A DNA stretch of 53,710 nt from Clostridia bacterium (GCA_045637945.1 JAZUAI010000030.1:1-53710), one strand, 5' to 3'; counted from the first letter of the stretch, positions 9,477 to 20,128 are shown. Numbers and translations: made by a program. The notes: a model not told the origin generated them from the letters alone.

Positions 9477-10649
9477 TTATTTTTTTACTCTTTTTGGTTT
9501 TAATGGAGACATTTGTCTTAATTTTTCAACATTTTTCTTTAAAACATCAACTACATAATCAATTTCTTCTTTAGTATTGTTTGTTCCAAAAGAAAATCTA
9601 ATGGTTCCTTGAGCAATTTCTGGAGGCAAACCAATTGCTGTTAAAACGTGTGATGTTTCTAATGAACCACTTGAACAAGCTGAACCAGTTGAAACTGCAA
9701 TTCCTGCCATATCAAGTAATAACATAAGAGATTCACCTTCTATAAAATTAAATGATACACTTGCAAGACCAGGTAATCTTTGATGTTGATGACCATTTAT
9801 TTTAATATGAGGAATTTCATCTTTTACTCTTGAAACAAAATAATCTCTTAAAGTTTTTAATTTTTTATTGTTTATTGTGTAATCTCTAACAGTAGTTTCA
9901 ACAGCCTTACCAAAACCGACAATTGAAGTTAGGTTTAGAGTTCCTCCACGTTTACCTTTTTCTTGGCCTCCACCCATAATAAGATTGTTAATTTTTACAC
10001 CTTTCCTTACATATAAAGCACCAACGCCTTTAGGAGCATGGATTTTATGACCACTAATACTTAAAGCATCAACATCTAGGTCTTTAACATCAATTTTAAA
10101 ACTTCCTAATGCTTGCACAGCATCTGTATGGAATAAAACATCTTTTTCGTGTGCAATTTTTGCAATTGTTTTTAAGTTTTGAATTGTTCCAATTTCATTG
10201 TTTGCTGCCATTACGCTTATTAAAATTGTCTTTTGATTTATACAATGAAGAAGTTCTGCAATATCAACAAGACCAGTTTCATCAACAGGTAAATATGTTA
10301 TTTCAAAACCAAGTTTTTCAAGTTTTTTACAGGTTTCTAAAACACTGTGGTGTTCAATTTTTGAAGTAATAATATGGTTGCCTTTTGCTTTGTTTGCCAT
10401 AGCTAAGCCTTTTAAAGCCCAGTTATTAGCCTCAGTTCCTCCAGAAGTAAAGTAAATTTCACCTCTGTCCGCATTGATACCATCAGCTACTCTATCTCTT
10501 GCTTTATCTACAAGACTTAAGGCTTCTCTACCAAAAGAATGTAAGCTGCTTGGATTTCCAAAAACTTCACTAAAAGCTGGAAGCATTTCAGTCAAAACTT
10601 CATTTGAAACACAAGTTGTTGCTGCATTATCTAAATAAATTCTTTGCAT
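9477..10649 (-). CDS. nifS: Cysteine desulfurase (NifS/IscS class V aminotransferase)
   Basis: 390 aa. PLP-lysine context SISGHKIHAPKG and active-site SACSSGS. Confidence 0.92.
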   Translation of the reverse strand: MQRIYLDNAATTCVSNEVLTEMLPAFSEVFGNPSSLHSFGREALSLVDKARDRVADGINADRGEIYFTSGGTEANNWALKGLAMANKAKGNHIITSKIEHHSVLETCKKLEKLGFEITYLPVDETGLVDIAELLHCINQKTILISVMAANNEIGTIQNLKTIAKIAHEKDVLFHTDAVQALGSFKIDVKDLDVDALSISGHKIHAPKGVGALYVRKGVKINNLIMGGGQEKGKRGGTLNLTSIVGFGKAVETTVRDYTINNKKLKTLRDYFVSRVKDEIPHIKINGHQHQRLPGLASVSFNFIEGESLMLLLDMAGIAVSTGSACSSGSLETSHVLTAIGLPPEIAQGTIRFSFGTNNTKEEIDYVVDVLKKNVEKLRQMSPLKPKRVKK

Positions 10650-10660
10650 ATTCCTATCTC

Positions 10661-11062
10661 CTATATTTTTTTATTTAAAACATCATAAAGTGTCATTTGA
10701 TTTAATGTTTGATTAATACTTTGATAAATGTAACTAAAAACGCTTTTGCTTGGGCAATCAGGATGATTACATTTTTTTTCAATACAATCACTTGTATATA
10801 AATTGCCTTCTAAAGCGGTTAAAATTTTTCCAATAGTTAATTCTTTTGGAGAGTGGCTTAACACATAACCACCATTTAACCCTTGTTTTGAGGTAACAAT
10901 ATCATTTTTTTTAAGTATTGACATAATTTTTTCTAAATATGGTTCAGAAACCCTTGCCAATGTAGCAAGTTTGTTATTTGAAATTGGTTCATCATTTTCA
11001 AAATTTTTACCAAGTTCACATACTGCCCTTAGACCATACCTAGCTTTTGAAGAAAATTTCAT
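10661..11062 (-). CDS. iscR: Rrf2-family transcriptional regulator (IscR/CymR-like)
   Basis: MKFSSKARYGLRAV... with C-terminal Cys residues. The start is moved to ATG 11062, which lies 8 nt after TAGGAG; the TTG start in the ORF track overlaps that RBS. Heads the nifS-nifU operon. Confidence 0.8.
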   Translation of the reverse strand: MKFSSKARYGLRAVCELGKNFENDEPISNNKLATLARVSEPYLEKIMSILKKNDIVTSKQGLNGGYVLSHSPKELTIGKILTALEGNLYTSDCIEKKCNHPDCPSKSVFSYIYQSINQTLNQMTLYDVLNKKI

Positions 11063-11095
11063 TTTAAAAACTCCTACCAAGTTTGTCCGAGTTTG

Positions 11096-11124
11096 ATTTT
11101 AACAAACTAAAAACTGTTTGTCAA
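11096..11124 (-). promoter_or_regulatory. SigmaA-type promoter of iscR-nifS-nifU
   Basis: TTGACA-17 nt-TAAAAT on the minus strand. Confidence 0.55.
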
Positions 11125-11146
11125 TAGCCTTATTTAACAATTTTAT

Positions 11147-11186
11147 AAAAAAATAAAGAGCAAACTTAAAAAGTTTACTCTTTTTT
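11147..11186. terminator. Intrinsic terminator after trxA
   Basis: AGAGCAAACTT/AAGTTTACTCT stem flanked by A- and T-runs. Confidence 0.7.
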
Positions 11187-11191
11187 AATCA

Positions 11192-11509
11192 TTAAATATT
11201 GTTAATAGCTTCAATAATTTGAGCTTTTTGTCTTAACCCAACAATTCTATCTACTTCTTTGCCATCTTTAAATAAAATCATAGTTGGAACGCTCATAACA
11301 TTAAATTCTTTAGCAATGTCAAGAGCTTCGTCAATATCAAGCTTAGCAATAACTGCTTTATCTTTTACTTCTTCTCCAACTTGTTCAAGAACAGGTGCCA
11401 ACATTTTGCATGGGCCACACCATTGTGCATAAAAATCAACTAAAACAATGTTTTTGTTTTTTCTAACTTCATTTTCAAAATTTTCGCTATTTACTACTAC
11501 TGCTTCCAT
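11192..11509 (-). CDS. trxA: Thioredoxin
   Basis: 105 aa with a WCGPC active site. Confidence 0.93.
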   Translation of the reverse strand: MEAVVVNSENFENEVRKNKNIVLVDFYAQWCGPCKMLAPVLEQVGEEVKDKAVIAKLDIDEALDIAKEFNVMSVPTMILFKDGKEVDRIVGLRQKAQIIEAINNI

Positions 11510-11645
11510 CTATATAAACTCTCCTTACCTTTTTCTTATCTTTTTTAAATTTCAAAATCATAATAGCATTTAAAAAAATTAAAGTAAACTCAATTTGAAA
11601 TAATTTTTTAAAGATTTTTTACTAGTATTTATTAAAATTTTAAAA

Positions 11646-12965
11646 CTATAACACATATTTTCTTAAATTATGTGATTTATCAAAGTTTGCAAAAGCCTTT
11701 GTTACATAGTCTTTGTCAATAATAACATCTGTCATTGGATGATCCCCACCAGCATTAAAGCTAATATCTTCAAGCAATAACTCTAATACAGTATGAAGAC
11801 GTCTTGCACCAAGATTTTCACTTGTTTCATTTTCTTCTTCTGCATATCTAGCAATTTCTTTTAAAGCTTCTTCTTTAAAAATCAAGTTGATATTGTCAAT
11901 TTTTAATAATTCTTGATATTGAATTGTTACAGCATTTTTAGGTTCTGTTAAAATTTTGTAAAACTCTTTTGCTGTTAAGTTTTCAAGATCTACCCTAATT
12001 GGAAATCTACCTTGTAATTCAGGAATTAAATCTTCTACTTTTGAGATGTGAAAAGCTCCAGCAGCAATAAATAAAATATAATCTGTTTTTATAATTCCAT
12101 ATTTTGTGTTTATTGTGCAACCTTCAACAATAGGAAGAATATCTCTTTGAACACCCTCACGGCTTACTTCAGGGCCATTTGTGCGACCAGAATTGCCTGC
12201 AATTTTGTCAATTTCATCAATAAAGATAATGCCTTCTTCTTCAGCTCTTCTTATAGCTTCAGATTTTACGGCATCCATATCAACAACTTTTTCGCATTCT
12301 TCTTGATTTAAAATTTCTCTTGCTTCTTTAATTGTTAATTTTCTTCTTTTTTTCTTTGCAGGGAAAATCCCGCCCAACATATCGCCAATATTTATTTCCA
12401 TACCATTTCCTGGCATCATTTCAAATGATTTTGGAGCTTCTTTAACTTCCATTTCAACAAAATCATCATCATATTTTCCACTTAAAAGATTTTGTCTTAT
12501 ATGTTCTCTAAACTCTTCTCCATTTATATCAATACCATCTACAGTATCTCTTTTAATTGGGTAAATAATATCAAAAAGGCGTTTATCTACATTTGGTTTA
12601 ACTTTTTCAATAACTTCATTGTATTTTTCATCTTTTACAAGTCTTACAGAAGCTTCAACCAAATCTCTTACCATACTTTCAACGTCTCTACCAACATAGC
12701 CAACTTCAGTATATTTTGTTGCTTCAACTTTAATAAAAGGAGCTTTAACAAGTTTTGCAAGTCTTCTTGCTATTTCAGTTTTACCAACACCTGTTGGACC
12801 TTTCATAATAATGTTCTTAGGTGTAATTTCCTCTTGCATTTGTTTTGTTAATTTACTGCGTCTATATCTATTTCTTAATGCAATAGCAACTGCTTTTTTT
12901 GCTTTATCTTGACCAATAATATATTTATCAAGTTCGTCAACAATTTGTCTTGGTGTTAAATTCAT
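11646..12965 (-). CDS. hslU: ATP-dependent protease ATPase subunit HslU
   Basis: MNLTPRQIVDELDKYIIGQDKAKKAVAIALRNRYRR, plus Walker A GPTGVGKT. The start is set at ATG 12965, about 10 nt after GAGGAGG; the upstream alternative start in the ORF track overlaps hslV. Confidence 0.92.
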   Translation of the reverse strand: MNLTPRQIVDELDKYIIGQDKAKKAVAIALRNRYRRSKLTKQMQEEITPKNIIMKGPTGVGKTEIARRLAKLVKAPFIKVEATKYTEVGYVGRDVESMVRDLVEASVRLVKDEKYNEVIEKVKPNVDKRLFDIIYPIKRDTVDGIDINGEEFREHIRQNLLSGKYDDDFVEMEVKEAPKSFEMMPGNGMEINIGDMLGGIFPAKKKRRKLTIKEAREILNQEECEKVVDMDAVKSEAIRRAEEEGIIFIDEIDKIAGNSGRTNGPEVSREGVQRDILPIVEGCTINTKYGIIKTDYILFIAAGAFHISKVEDLIPELQGRFPIRVDLENLTAKEFYKILTEPKNAVTIQYQELLKIDNINLIFKEEALKEIARYAEEENETSENLGARRLHTVLELLLEDISFNAGGDHPMTDVIIDKDYVTKAFANFDKSHNLRKYVL

Positions 12966-12969
12966 AATA

Positions 12970-13506
12970 TTAAACCTCCTCAACAGTTACATGTCCGTTT
13001 GTAAACACGCAAATATCGCTTGTTATTTTTAATGCTTTTAAAGCAATTTCTTTTGCAGATAAATCTGTATTTTCAATTAAAGCACGAGAAGCTGCAAGTG
13101 CATAAAATTCACCACTACCAATAGCAGCTACACCATATTCTGGTTCAAAAACATCACCGTTACCTGAAACATAAAGTAAATTGTCTTTATCAGCAACAAG
13201 CATTAAAGCATCAAGTTTTCTTACATATTTATCTTCTCTAAAACCAATTGCAAGTTCAACTGCACTACGCATTAAATTACCGCTAAATTTTTGTAAAAGT
13301 TCTTCAAATTTGGTTGATAAACTAAAAGCATCGGCTGCAGATCCAGCAAAACCAATAACTACTTTATCGTTATAAATTCTTCTAACCTTTACTGCATTAT
13401 TTTTAACAATAAATTTTTCGCCAACTGTTACTTGTCCATCACCAGCAATAGCTGTTTTGCCATCTCTTTTTACAGCAACAATGGTTGTACTTCTCATTCC
13501 TTCCAT
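12970..13506 (-). CDS. hslV: ATP-dependent protease subunit HslV
   Basis: 178 aa. Contains STTIVAVKRDGKTAIAGDGQVT, the N-terminal Thr nucleophile context after a short propeptide. Confidence 0.92.
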   Translation of the reverse strand: MEGMRSTTIVAVKRDGKTAIAGDGQVTVGEKFIVKNNAVKVRRIYNDKVVIGFAGSAADAFSLSTKFEELLQKFSGNLMRSAVELAIGFREDKYVRKLDALMLVADKDNLLYVSGNGDVFEPEYGVAAIGSGEFYALAASRALIENTDLSAKEIALKALKITSDICVFTNGHVTVEEV

Positions 13507-13509
13507 ATT

Positions 13510-14826
13510 TTACTCTCCTAAATCATTTTTAATTATTTGCTCAAGCTCTTCAATAGCTCTTGTAACAATTTTTTGCTTTTTTATTTTATCATCTCTTTCT
13601 TTTTCTTGCAATGGGCTAATAATTCCAAAATTTGCATTCATTGGTTGAAATCTTTTAGCTTCACAAGTTGTTATATAATTTATTATAGCTCCGGTCATTG
13701 TATTTGAAGATAAATTTAACAAAGGCTTTTCTTCTAACATTAAGTATGCATTTAAACCACAAATAAGACCACTCATCGTGCTTTCCATATACCCTTCAAC
13801 TCCACTTAATTGACCAGCTATAAAAACATTTTTATCTGCTTTTAATTGAAATGTGTTGTTTATTAGTTGTGGTGCATTTATAAACGTGTTGCGATGCATA
13901 ACACCATATTTAACAAAATTTGCGTTTTTCAAAGCAGGAATTAAGCTAAAAACCCTTTTTTGCTCTGGAAAAGTTAAATTTGTTTGAAAACCAACCATAT
14001 TATATAAGTTGTTAGTATTATCTTCTTTTCTTAACTGAACTACAGCATAATATTTTTGTTTTGTTACAGGATGATCAAGCCCTACAGGTTTTAATGGACC
14101 AAAGCGTAGGCTATCCTCACCTCTTTTTGCCATAATTTCAACAGGCATACATCCTTCAAATATTTCTTTCTTTTCAAAATCTTTTAATTCTACCCTATTA
14201 GCATTTATAAGTTCGTTATAAAAAACTAAATATTCTTCTTTTGTCATTGGACAATTGATGTAATCGCCAGAGCCTTTATCATATCTATCTTTAACATAGG
14301 CACTTGTCATATCAATTGAGCTTGCTTCAATTATAGGACTTGAAGCGTCATAAAAATGCAAGTTATCGGCATTTAACTTTTTAGTTAAACTTTGTGATAA
14401 GTCATTAGTTGTTAAAGGGCCTGTAGCAACAATAACAATTCCTTCTGGTAAAGAAGTTACTTCTTTTGAAATAAAGTTTATATTTTTAAAAGATTTAATA
14501 GTATCTGTTATTTGTTTTGCAAAGTTTTCTCTATCAACAGCCAAAGCGTTTCCTGCTGGAACAGAATTTTGATAAGCAGTTTTTAAAATTAAACTATCAA
14601 AAAGTTCTAGTTCTTTTTTAAGTAAACCTGAAGCTGTGTTTAAATCTGTTGATTTTAAACTGTTACTGCAAACAATTTCGGCAAAGTTTGGGTTTGAGTG
14701 AGCAGGGGTAAACTTGGTAGGTTTAATATCATATAAATCTACCTCAATTCCTCTTTTTGCAAGTTGATAACTTGCCTCACATCCAGCAAGACCTGCACCT
14801 ATAACTGAAACTTTTTTAATTTTCAT
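13510..14826 (-). CDS. trmFO: Methylenetetrahydrofolate-tRNA-(uracil-5-)-methyltransferase TrmFO (Gid)
   Basis: 438 aa. FAD-binding motif VIGAGLAGCEA. Sits between topA and hslV as in B. subtilis. Confidence 0.9.
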   Translation of the reverse strand: MKIKKVSVIGAGLAGCEASYQLAKRGIEVDLYDIKPTKFTPAHSNPNFAEIVCSNSLKSTDLNTASGLLKKELELFDSLILKTAYQNSVPAGNALAVDRENFAKQITDTIKSFKNINFISKEVTSLPEGIVIVATGPLTTNDLSQSLTKKLNADNLHFYDASSPIIEASSIDMTSAYVKDRYDKGSGDYINCPMTKEEYLVFYNELINANRVELKDFEKKEIFEGCMPVEIMAKRGEDSLRFGPLKPVGLDHPVTKQKYYAVVQLRKEDNTNNLYNMVGFQTNLTFPEQKRVFSLIPALKNANFVKYGVMHRNTFINAPQLINNTFQLKADKNVFIAGQLSGVEGYMESTMSGLICGLNAYLMLEEKPLLNLSSNTMTGAIINYITTCEAKRFQPMNANFGIISPLQEKERDDKIKKQKIVTRAIEELEQIIKNDLGE

Positions 14827-14867
14827 ATAAAATATCTTCTTTTAATTTAAAAGATTAACAAAAACTG

Positions 14868-16961
14868 TTAATCTTTTTTTCTTTCTTCTTGTTTTGTAAA
14901 ATCACAATCTTTATTTGAACACTTATATGTTAGTGTTGTTTTTGTTTCTCTTACAGTAATTAAACTTCTACATTTTGGACATTTTAAATTTGTTGGTTTT
15001 TCCCAACTAGCAAATTTACAAGTTGGATAACCACTGCAACCATAAAAGATTTTTCCAAAACGAGTTTTTCTTTCAAAAACAGGTTTACCACAGTCTGGGC
15101 AAGAACAAACAGCTTCTTTTGGTTCGTCTAAACTCTTTATATTTTTACAATTAGGATAATTTGGACATGCTAAGAATTTGCCTGTTTTGCCTTCTCTAAC
15201 AACCATGTTAGCACCACACTTTTCACAAACAACATCGCTTACTTCAAGTGGAACACTAACCTTTTTTGAACCTCTAACAGCATAAACAACTTCTTTTTCA
15301 AAGTCTCCATAGAAGTTTTTGATTACTTCTTGCCACTCAACAGAACCTTCTTCAATTTTATCAAGTTGATCTTCCATTTGAGCTGTAAAAGAAATATTCA
15401 TAATATCAGCAAAATATTTTTCTAAAAACTCTGTTACTGTGACACCAAGTTCTGTAGGAATTAAATACTTGCCATCTTTTTGGGTATATACTCTGTTTAA
15501 TAAAACAGCAATGGTTGGTGCATATGTTGCTGGACGACCGATACCCTTTTCTTCCATTGTTTTTACTAAACTTGCTTCAGTAAATCTCATTGGTGGTTTT
15601 GTAAATTTTTGTTCTTTCAAAAGTTCTAACAACTCTAAAATGTCACCTTGATTTAACTTTGGCAATTTAACATCTTTTGAGTCTTCATTTTCTTCAACTT
15701 CTTCATAAACTTTATAAGCTCTTGTAAAACCAGCAAACAAAGGAGTTTTACCAGTTACTTTAAAACCATAATCACCAGCACTAATATTAACTGTCATAGA
15801 ATCATATGTTGCTTGAGACATTTGACTTGCTACAAATCTTTCATAAATAAGTTTATAAAGTTTGTAGTTATCAGGTGTCATAAACTTTTTAACAGATTCT
15901 GGTGTTCTTTCTAAGCTAATCGGACGTATGGCTTCGTGAGCATCTTGAGCGTTTTTCTTTGACTTAAATATATTGTATGAACTTGGTGCATAATCAGCGC
16001 CATATGTTTTGATAATATATTCTTTTGCTTTTGCTTGTGCTTCAGGTGAAACACGGGTTGAGTCTGTTCTTATATAAGTAATTAAAGCAGTTTTACCCTC
16101 TTCTCCAAGTTGAACGCCTTCATACAACTCTTGAGCACTCTTTGTTGTTTTTGCAATACTCATACCAATTTTGTTTAAAGCATCTTGTTGCATTGTGCTT
16201 GTAATAAATGGTGGAGGTGGATTTGATTTGGTTATAGTCTTTTTAACTTCTTGAACTTCAAAAGTTTGATTTTTAACATATTCTAAAACTTCTTGTGTTT
16301 GATCAAAATTTTCTGGAACAAACTTTTTTGATTTATAAGTTGCTAAAGCAGCTTTAAATTTTATTTGATCTTTTAATAATTGAGCAGCTACATTCCAATA
16401 TTCTTTTGGTTTAAAGTTTATAATTTCTTTTTCCCTATCAACAATAAGTTTAAGGGCAACAGATTGAACCCTACCTGCACTCAAATTTGATTTTATCTTT
16501 TTGCAAATAATTGGAGAGATTTTATAGCCCACCAATCTATCTAATATTCTTCTACCTTGTTGAGCATGAACCAAATCCATATTTATTTTTCTTGGATTTA
16601 AAACAGCATTTGAAACAACAGATTTTGAAATTTCGTTAAATTCAACTCTGCAAGGTTCATCTTCTTTAATATTTAAAATTTTACCAATATGCCAAGAAAT
16701 TGCCTCACCTTCTCTATCAGGGTCGGTAGCAAGAAGAACTTGTTCTGCTTTTGCAGATTTTTCTTTAAGTTCTTTAATAATCGCTTCTTTACCAGGCATA
16801 ATTTCATATTTTGGCTCAAAATTTGTGCTTGGATCAACACCCATAGCTTTTACAGGCAAATCTCTAATGTGACCTTTTGTTGCCACAACATCATAGTTTG
16901 AACCTAAATATTTTTTTAATGTATCCCTTTTACCAGGACCTTCTATAATAACTAATTTCAT
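14868..16961 (-). CDS. topA: DNA topoisomerase I
   Basis: 697 aa. Toprim N-terminus (LVIIEGPGK), active-site region, and three or four C-terminal Cys4 zinc ribbons (CEKCG...CPNYPNC, CPDCG..., CPKC...). Confidence 0.94.
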   Translation of the reverse strand: MKLVIIEGPGKRDTLKKYLGSNYDVVATKGHIRDLPVKAMGVDPSTNFEPKYEIMPGKEAIIKELKEKSAKAEQVLLATDPDREGEAISWHIGKILNIKEDEPCRVEFNEISKSVVSNAVLNPRKINMDLVHAQQGRRILDRLVGYKISPIICKKIKSNLSAGRVQSVALKLIVDREKEIINFKPKEYWNVAAQLLKDQIKFKAALATYKSKKFVPENFDQTQEVLEYVKNQTFEVQEVKKTITKSNPPPPFITSTMQQDALNKIGMSIAKTTKSAQELYEGVQLGEEGKTALITYIRTDSTRVSPEAQAKAKEYIIKTYGADYAPSSYNIFKSKKNAQDAHEAIRPISLERTPESVKKFMTPDNYKLYKLIYERFVASQMSQATYDSMTVNISAGDYGFKVTGKTPLFAGFTRAYKVYEEVEENEDSKDVKLPKLNQGDILELLELLKEQKFTKPPMRFTEASLVKTMEEKGIGRPATYAPTIAVLLNRVYTQKDGKYLIPTELGVTVTEFLEKYFADIMNISFTAQMEDQLDKIEEGSVEWQEVIKNFYGDFEKEVVYAVRGSKKVSVPLEVSDVVCEKCGANMVVREGKTGKFLACPNYPNCKNIKSLDEPKEAVCSCPDCGKPVFERKTRFGKIFYGCSGYPTCKFASWEKPTNLKCPKCRSLITVRETKTTLTYKCSNKDCDFTKQEERKKD

Positions 16962-16973
16962 ATTTCCTTCTTT

Positions 16974-18077
16974 TTAATCAGATAAATAGTAAATATTTCC
17001 TGCAAGTTTTTTAATTATTCCACGAATTGAAAGTGTTGTCAACAAACTATTAAGCGTTTTAACTGGTAATTTAGATTGATCTAATATCTCTTGAAAAGAC
17101 ATTTCTTTTTCAGTTAATAAGTTAATTATAATACTTTCTTCCATAGAAAAATTATAAACAACCTTTGTCTTTTTTTGCAAAGATATGTCATATTCATCTA
17201 AAATATCTTCACTTGATAAAACAGCTTTTGCCTGCCCATTAACAATCATTCTGTTTGCGCCTATGCTTGTTAAACTAAATATGCTTCCAGGAACAGCAAA
17301 CACATCCCTTCCATAATCAAGAGCATAATTTTTTGTATGAATTACACCAGACTTTTCTTTTGCTTCTGTAATTAAAACCCCTTTACTTAAAGCTGCAATA
17401 ATTCTGTTTCTTATTGGGAACATAAAAGACTCTGTCTTTTTGCCTGGTTTTGTTTCGGTAATTATTAGGCCATTATTATCAATAATTTGTTTTGCCAAAT
17501 ATTTATTTGTTGCAGGATAAACATCGTCAATGCCTCCGGCTAATACAGCAATTGTTTTACCTTTTTCGGCAAGAGTTATTGTATGCGCCACCGTATCAAC
17601 ACCACTTGCCAAGCCACTAACTATTGTAAAATCAGCCTTTACCAAATCTTTTGTAAATTTTTCAGTTACCATTTTACCATAGTTTGTTATTTGTCTTGAA
17701 CCTACTACTGCAAAGCAAACTGTTTTTAATAAACTAATATCTCCTTTGTAATATAAAACAAAAGGCGGTGTATCTATGTTCTTTAAAGTTTCAGGATAAT
17801 CTTTTGAAAAACATGATATAAACTTAACATCTTGTTTTTCAAGATTTAACAATAATTTTTCAATAGTATTATCAGTTAATTGAGATTTTAGTATATTGTA
17901 TTCTTCTTCGCTTATTATATTTAGTATGTATTCTTTATTATCATTAAGATTTTTTAAATTAAATATTTGGGTTGGATTATCAAACATATCTAAAAGTTTT
18001 TCTTTCTTTTTATATGTTAAAAAATCAAAACTATCTAACCATAATATAATTTTATCTTCTATTTTTATTTCTTCCAT
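16974..18077 (-). CDS. dprA: DNA processing/protecting protein DprA (Smf)
   Basis: 367 aa. Rossmann-like core VVGSRQITNYG...SGLASGVDTVAH...AVPG. Confidence 0.9.
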   Translation of the reverse strand: MEEIKIEDKIILWLDSFDFLTYKKKEKLLDMFDNPTQIFNLKNLNDNKEYILNIISEEEYNILKSQLTDNTIEKLLLNLEKQDVKFISCFSKDYPETLKNIDTPPFVLYYKGDISLLKTVCFAVVGSRQITNYGKMVTEKFTKDLVKADFTIVSGLASGVDTVAHTITLAEKGKTIAVLAGGIDDVYPATNKYLAKQIIDNNGLIITETKPGKKTESFMFPIRNRIIAALSKGVLITEAKEKSGVIHTKNYALDYGRDVFAVPGSIFSLTSIGANRMIVNGQAKAVLSSEDILDEYDISLQKKTKVVYNFSMEESIIINLLTEKEMSFQEILDQSKLPVKTLNSLLTTLSIRGIIKKLAGNIYYLSD

Positions 18078-18080
18078 TTA

Positions 18081-19619
18081 TTATATCCAATATTTATCAT
18101 CAAGACTTCTATAGTTTATAGCCTCAAAAACATGTTCTTGTTTTATTTGTTCACAACCATCTAGATCTGCTATTGTTCTAGCCACTTTAAGTATTCTGTT
18201 ATATGCTCTAGCTGTTAACTTTAAGTTATCAAAAGCAAGTTGTAACATCTTATTGCTTTCTTCATCTAATTTGCAATACTTCTTTATCATTGCATTAGTC
18301 ATCTTGCTATTACTATATATCTTTTGATTTTCAAATCTATTTGTTTGTATCTTCCTAGCAAAATCAACTCTTTTCTTTATTTCTTGTGAACTTTCCTCTT
18401 TTATCTCTCCACTTATATCGCTATAAGTTACTCCATCAACCTCAATATACATATCAATTCTATCCATTAAAGGACCACTAAGTTTGCTTAAATATTTATG
18501 TATTTGATTTGGGCTACATTTACATTGTTTTTGAGTTGAACCATAATTACCACAAGGACAAGGATTCATACTTGCAACTAATATAAAATTTGCAGGATAT
18601 TCTATGCTTTGGGCATTTCTTGAAACAGTTATTGTTCCGTCTTCTAAAGATTGCCTTAATGCTTCTATTGTTTGCCTAGAATATTCTGGCATTTCATCTA
18701 AAAACAAAACACCGTTATGAGCAAGACTTATTTCTCCTGGCTTTGCATTTCTACCACCACCGGTAAGAGCTACTGTTGTTGCAGTGTGATGTGGAGTTCT
18801 AAAAGGTCTTTCAGTTAATATACCTTCATCTTTATCAAGAGTTCCAGCTATACTATGAATTTTTGTTACTTCTAAAGCCTCATCAAAAGTCATATCAGGC
18901 AAAATACTTGGAAAAGCACGTGCAAGCATTGTTTTGCCGCTTCCTGGAGGGCCTATCATTAACACATTATGACCACCTGCAGCAGAAATCTCTAATGCTC
19001 TTTTTGCGCTTGCTTGACCTTTTATTTGGCTAAAATCACCAATTGATTTTGACTTAGATTTAATATAAGAATAAGTTAAACTTTCAACTGGATTTAATGC
19101 TATTTCTTTATTTAAAAATAAGACTAACTCTTTTAAGTTTTTAACAGCATAAACTTCAATACCTTCAATAAAACTGGCTTCTTTAGCATTTTCATAAGGA
19201 ATGATTACTTTTTTTATTCCTAATTTTCTTGCTGTAATAAGCATAGGCAAAACACCTTTAATTTGTCTTAAAGAGCCGTCTAATGATAGTTCTCCAATAA
19301 ATGAAAAACTTGATAATTCTTCTTTTGTTGTATTTATTTGATTTGTTGCACTTAAAATACCAACAGAAATTGGTAAATCATAATAGGAACCTTCTTTTTT
19401 TGTATCAGCTGGAGCTAGATTAACAACAACTTTATCAACTGGAAACAAAAAACCTTGGTTTTTAAGAGCTGGTGAAACTCTTTGCTTTGATTCTTTTATT
19501 GCTGTATCAGCAAGACCAACAATTTCATATGTTGGCAAACCACGGTTTATATCAACTTCTACTTTAACCAAATAACCATTTAAACCAATTAAACCAAACG
19601 AATTTATAATTGAAAGCAT
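18081..19619 (-). CDS. comM: YifB/ComM family Mg-chelatase-like ATPase
   Basis: 512 aa. Lon-like N-domain, AAA+ Walker A GPPGSGKT, and an internal Cys cluster CPCGNYGS..CKC. Confidence 0.9.
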   Translation of the reverse strand: MLSIINSFGLIGLNGYLVKVEVDINRGLPTYEIVGLADTAIKESKQRVSPALKNQGFLFPVDKVVVNLAPADTKKEGSYYDLPISVGILSATNQINTTKEELSSFSFIGELSLDGSLRQIKGVLPMLITARKLGIKKVIIPYENAKEASFIEGIEVYAVKNLKELVLFLNKEIALNPVESLTYSYIKSKSKSIGDFSQIKGQASAKRALEISAAGGHNVLMIGPPGSGKTMLARAFPSILPDMTFDEALEVTKIHSIAGTLDKDEGILTERPFRTPHHTATTVALTGGGRNAKPGEISLAHNGVLFLDEMPEYSRQTIEALRQSLEDGTITVSRNAQSIEYPANFILVASMNPCPCGNYGSTQKQCKCSPNQIHKYLSKLSGPLMDRIDMYIEVDGVTYSDISGEIKEESSQEIKKRVDFARKIQTNRFENQKIYSNSKMTNAMIKKYCKLDEESNKMLQLAFDNLKLTARAYNRILKVARTIADLDGCEQIKQEHVFEAINYRSLDDKYWI

Positions 19620-19645
19620 TTTTCCCCATTATCCTTATATTTTTG

Positions 19646-19674
19646 ATTATATATATTTTTGATTTTTTAAACAA
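19646..19674 (-). promoter_or_regulatory. Candidate promoter of comM-dprA-topA-trmFO-hslVU
   Basis: TTGTTT-17 nt-TATAAT. Overlapped by two copies of the 12-nt repeat ATATTTTTGATT (plus 19637-19648 and 19653-19664). Confidence 0.45.
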
Positions 19675-19711
19675 ACAAAATGATTTGATTTTTTAAAAAT
19701 AAAATAACAAC

Positions 19712-19746
19712 AAAAAAAATCTACTCATAAAAATGAATAGATTTTT
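19712..19746 (-). terminator. Intrinsic terminator after rplS
   Basis: AAATCTACTCAT/ATGAATAGATTT stem (one mismatch) followed by a U-run on the minus strand. Confidence 0.65.
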
Positions 19747-19786
19747 TAAATTCATATTAAAATCAGCTAAAAAGTAAAACAAAAAA

Positions 19787-20128
19787 TTATCTTTGTTCTT
19801 TAATATTTGTTGCTTTACCTGAAAGGTCACGAAGATAGAATAATTTTGCTCTTCTTACTTTACCTTTTTTCAAAACTTCGATTTTATCGATTTTTGGGCT
19901 GTGTAATGGGAATGTTCTTTCAATACCAACGCCAAAAGAAACACGTCTTACTGTGAAAGTTTCTCTAATTCCACCATTTTTTCTAGCAATAACAGTTCCT
20001 TCATAACCTTGAACTCTTTCTTTATTGCCTTCTTTAATTTTATAATAAACTTTAACTGTGTCACCAATACCAAATTCAGGAACACTGTCTTTTACACTTT
20101 CTTTTTCAATAACATCAATAAGGTTCAT
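19787..20128 (-). CDS. rplS: 50S ribosomal protein bL19
   Basis: [31 protein letters not shown]. The start is moved to ATG 20128, 8 nt after GGAGG; the upstream ATG in the ORF track contains that RBS. Confidence 0.93.
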   Translation of the reverse strand: MNLIDVIEKESVKDSVPEFGIGDTVKVYYKIKEGNKERVQGYEGTVIARKNGGIRETFTVRRVSFGVGIERTFPLHSPKIDKIEVLKKGKVRRAKLFYLRDLSGKATNIKEQR

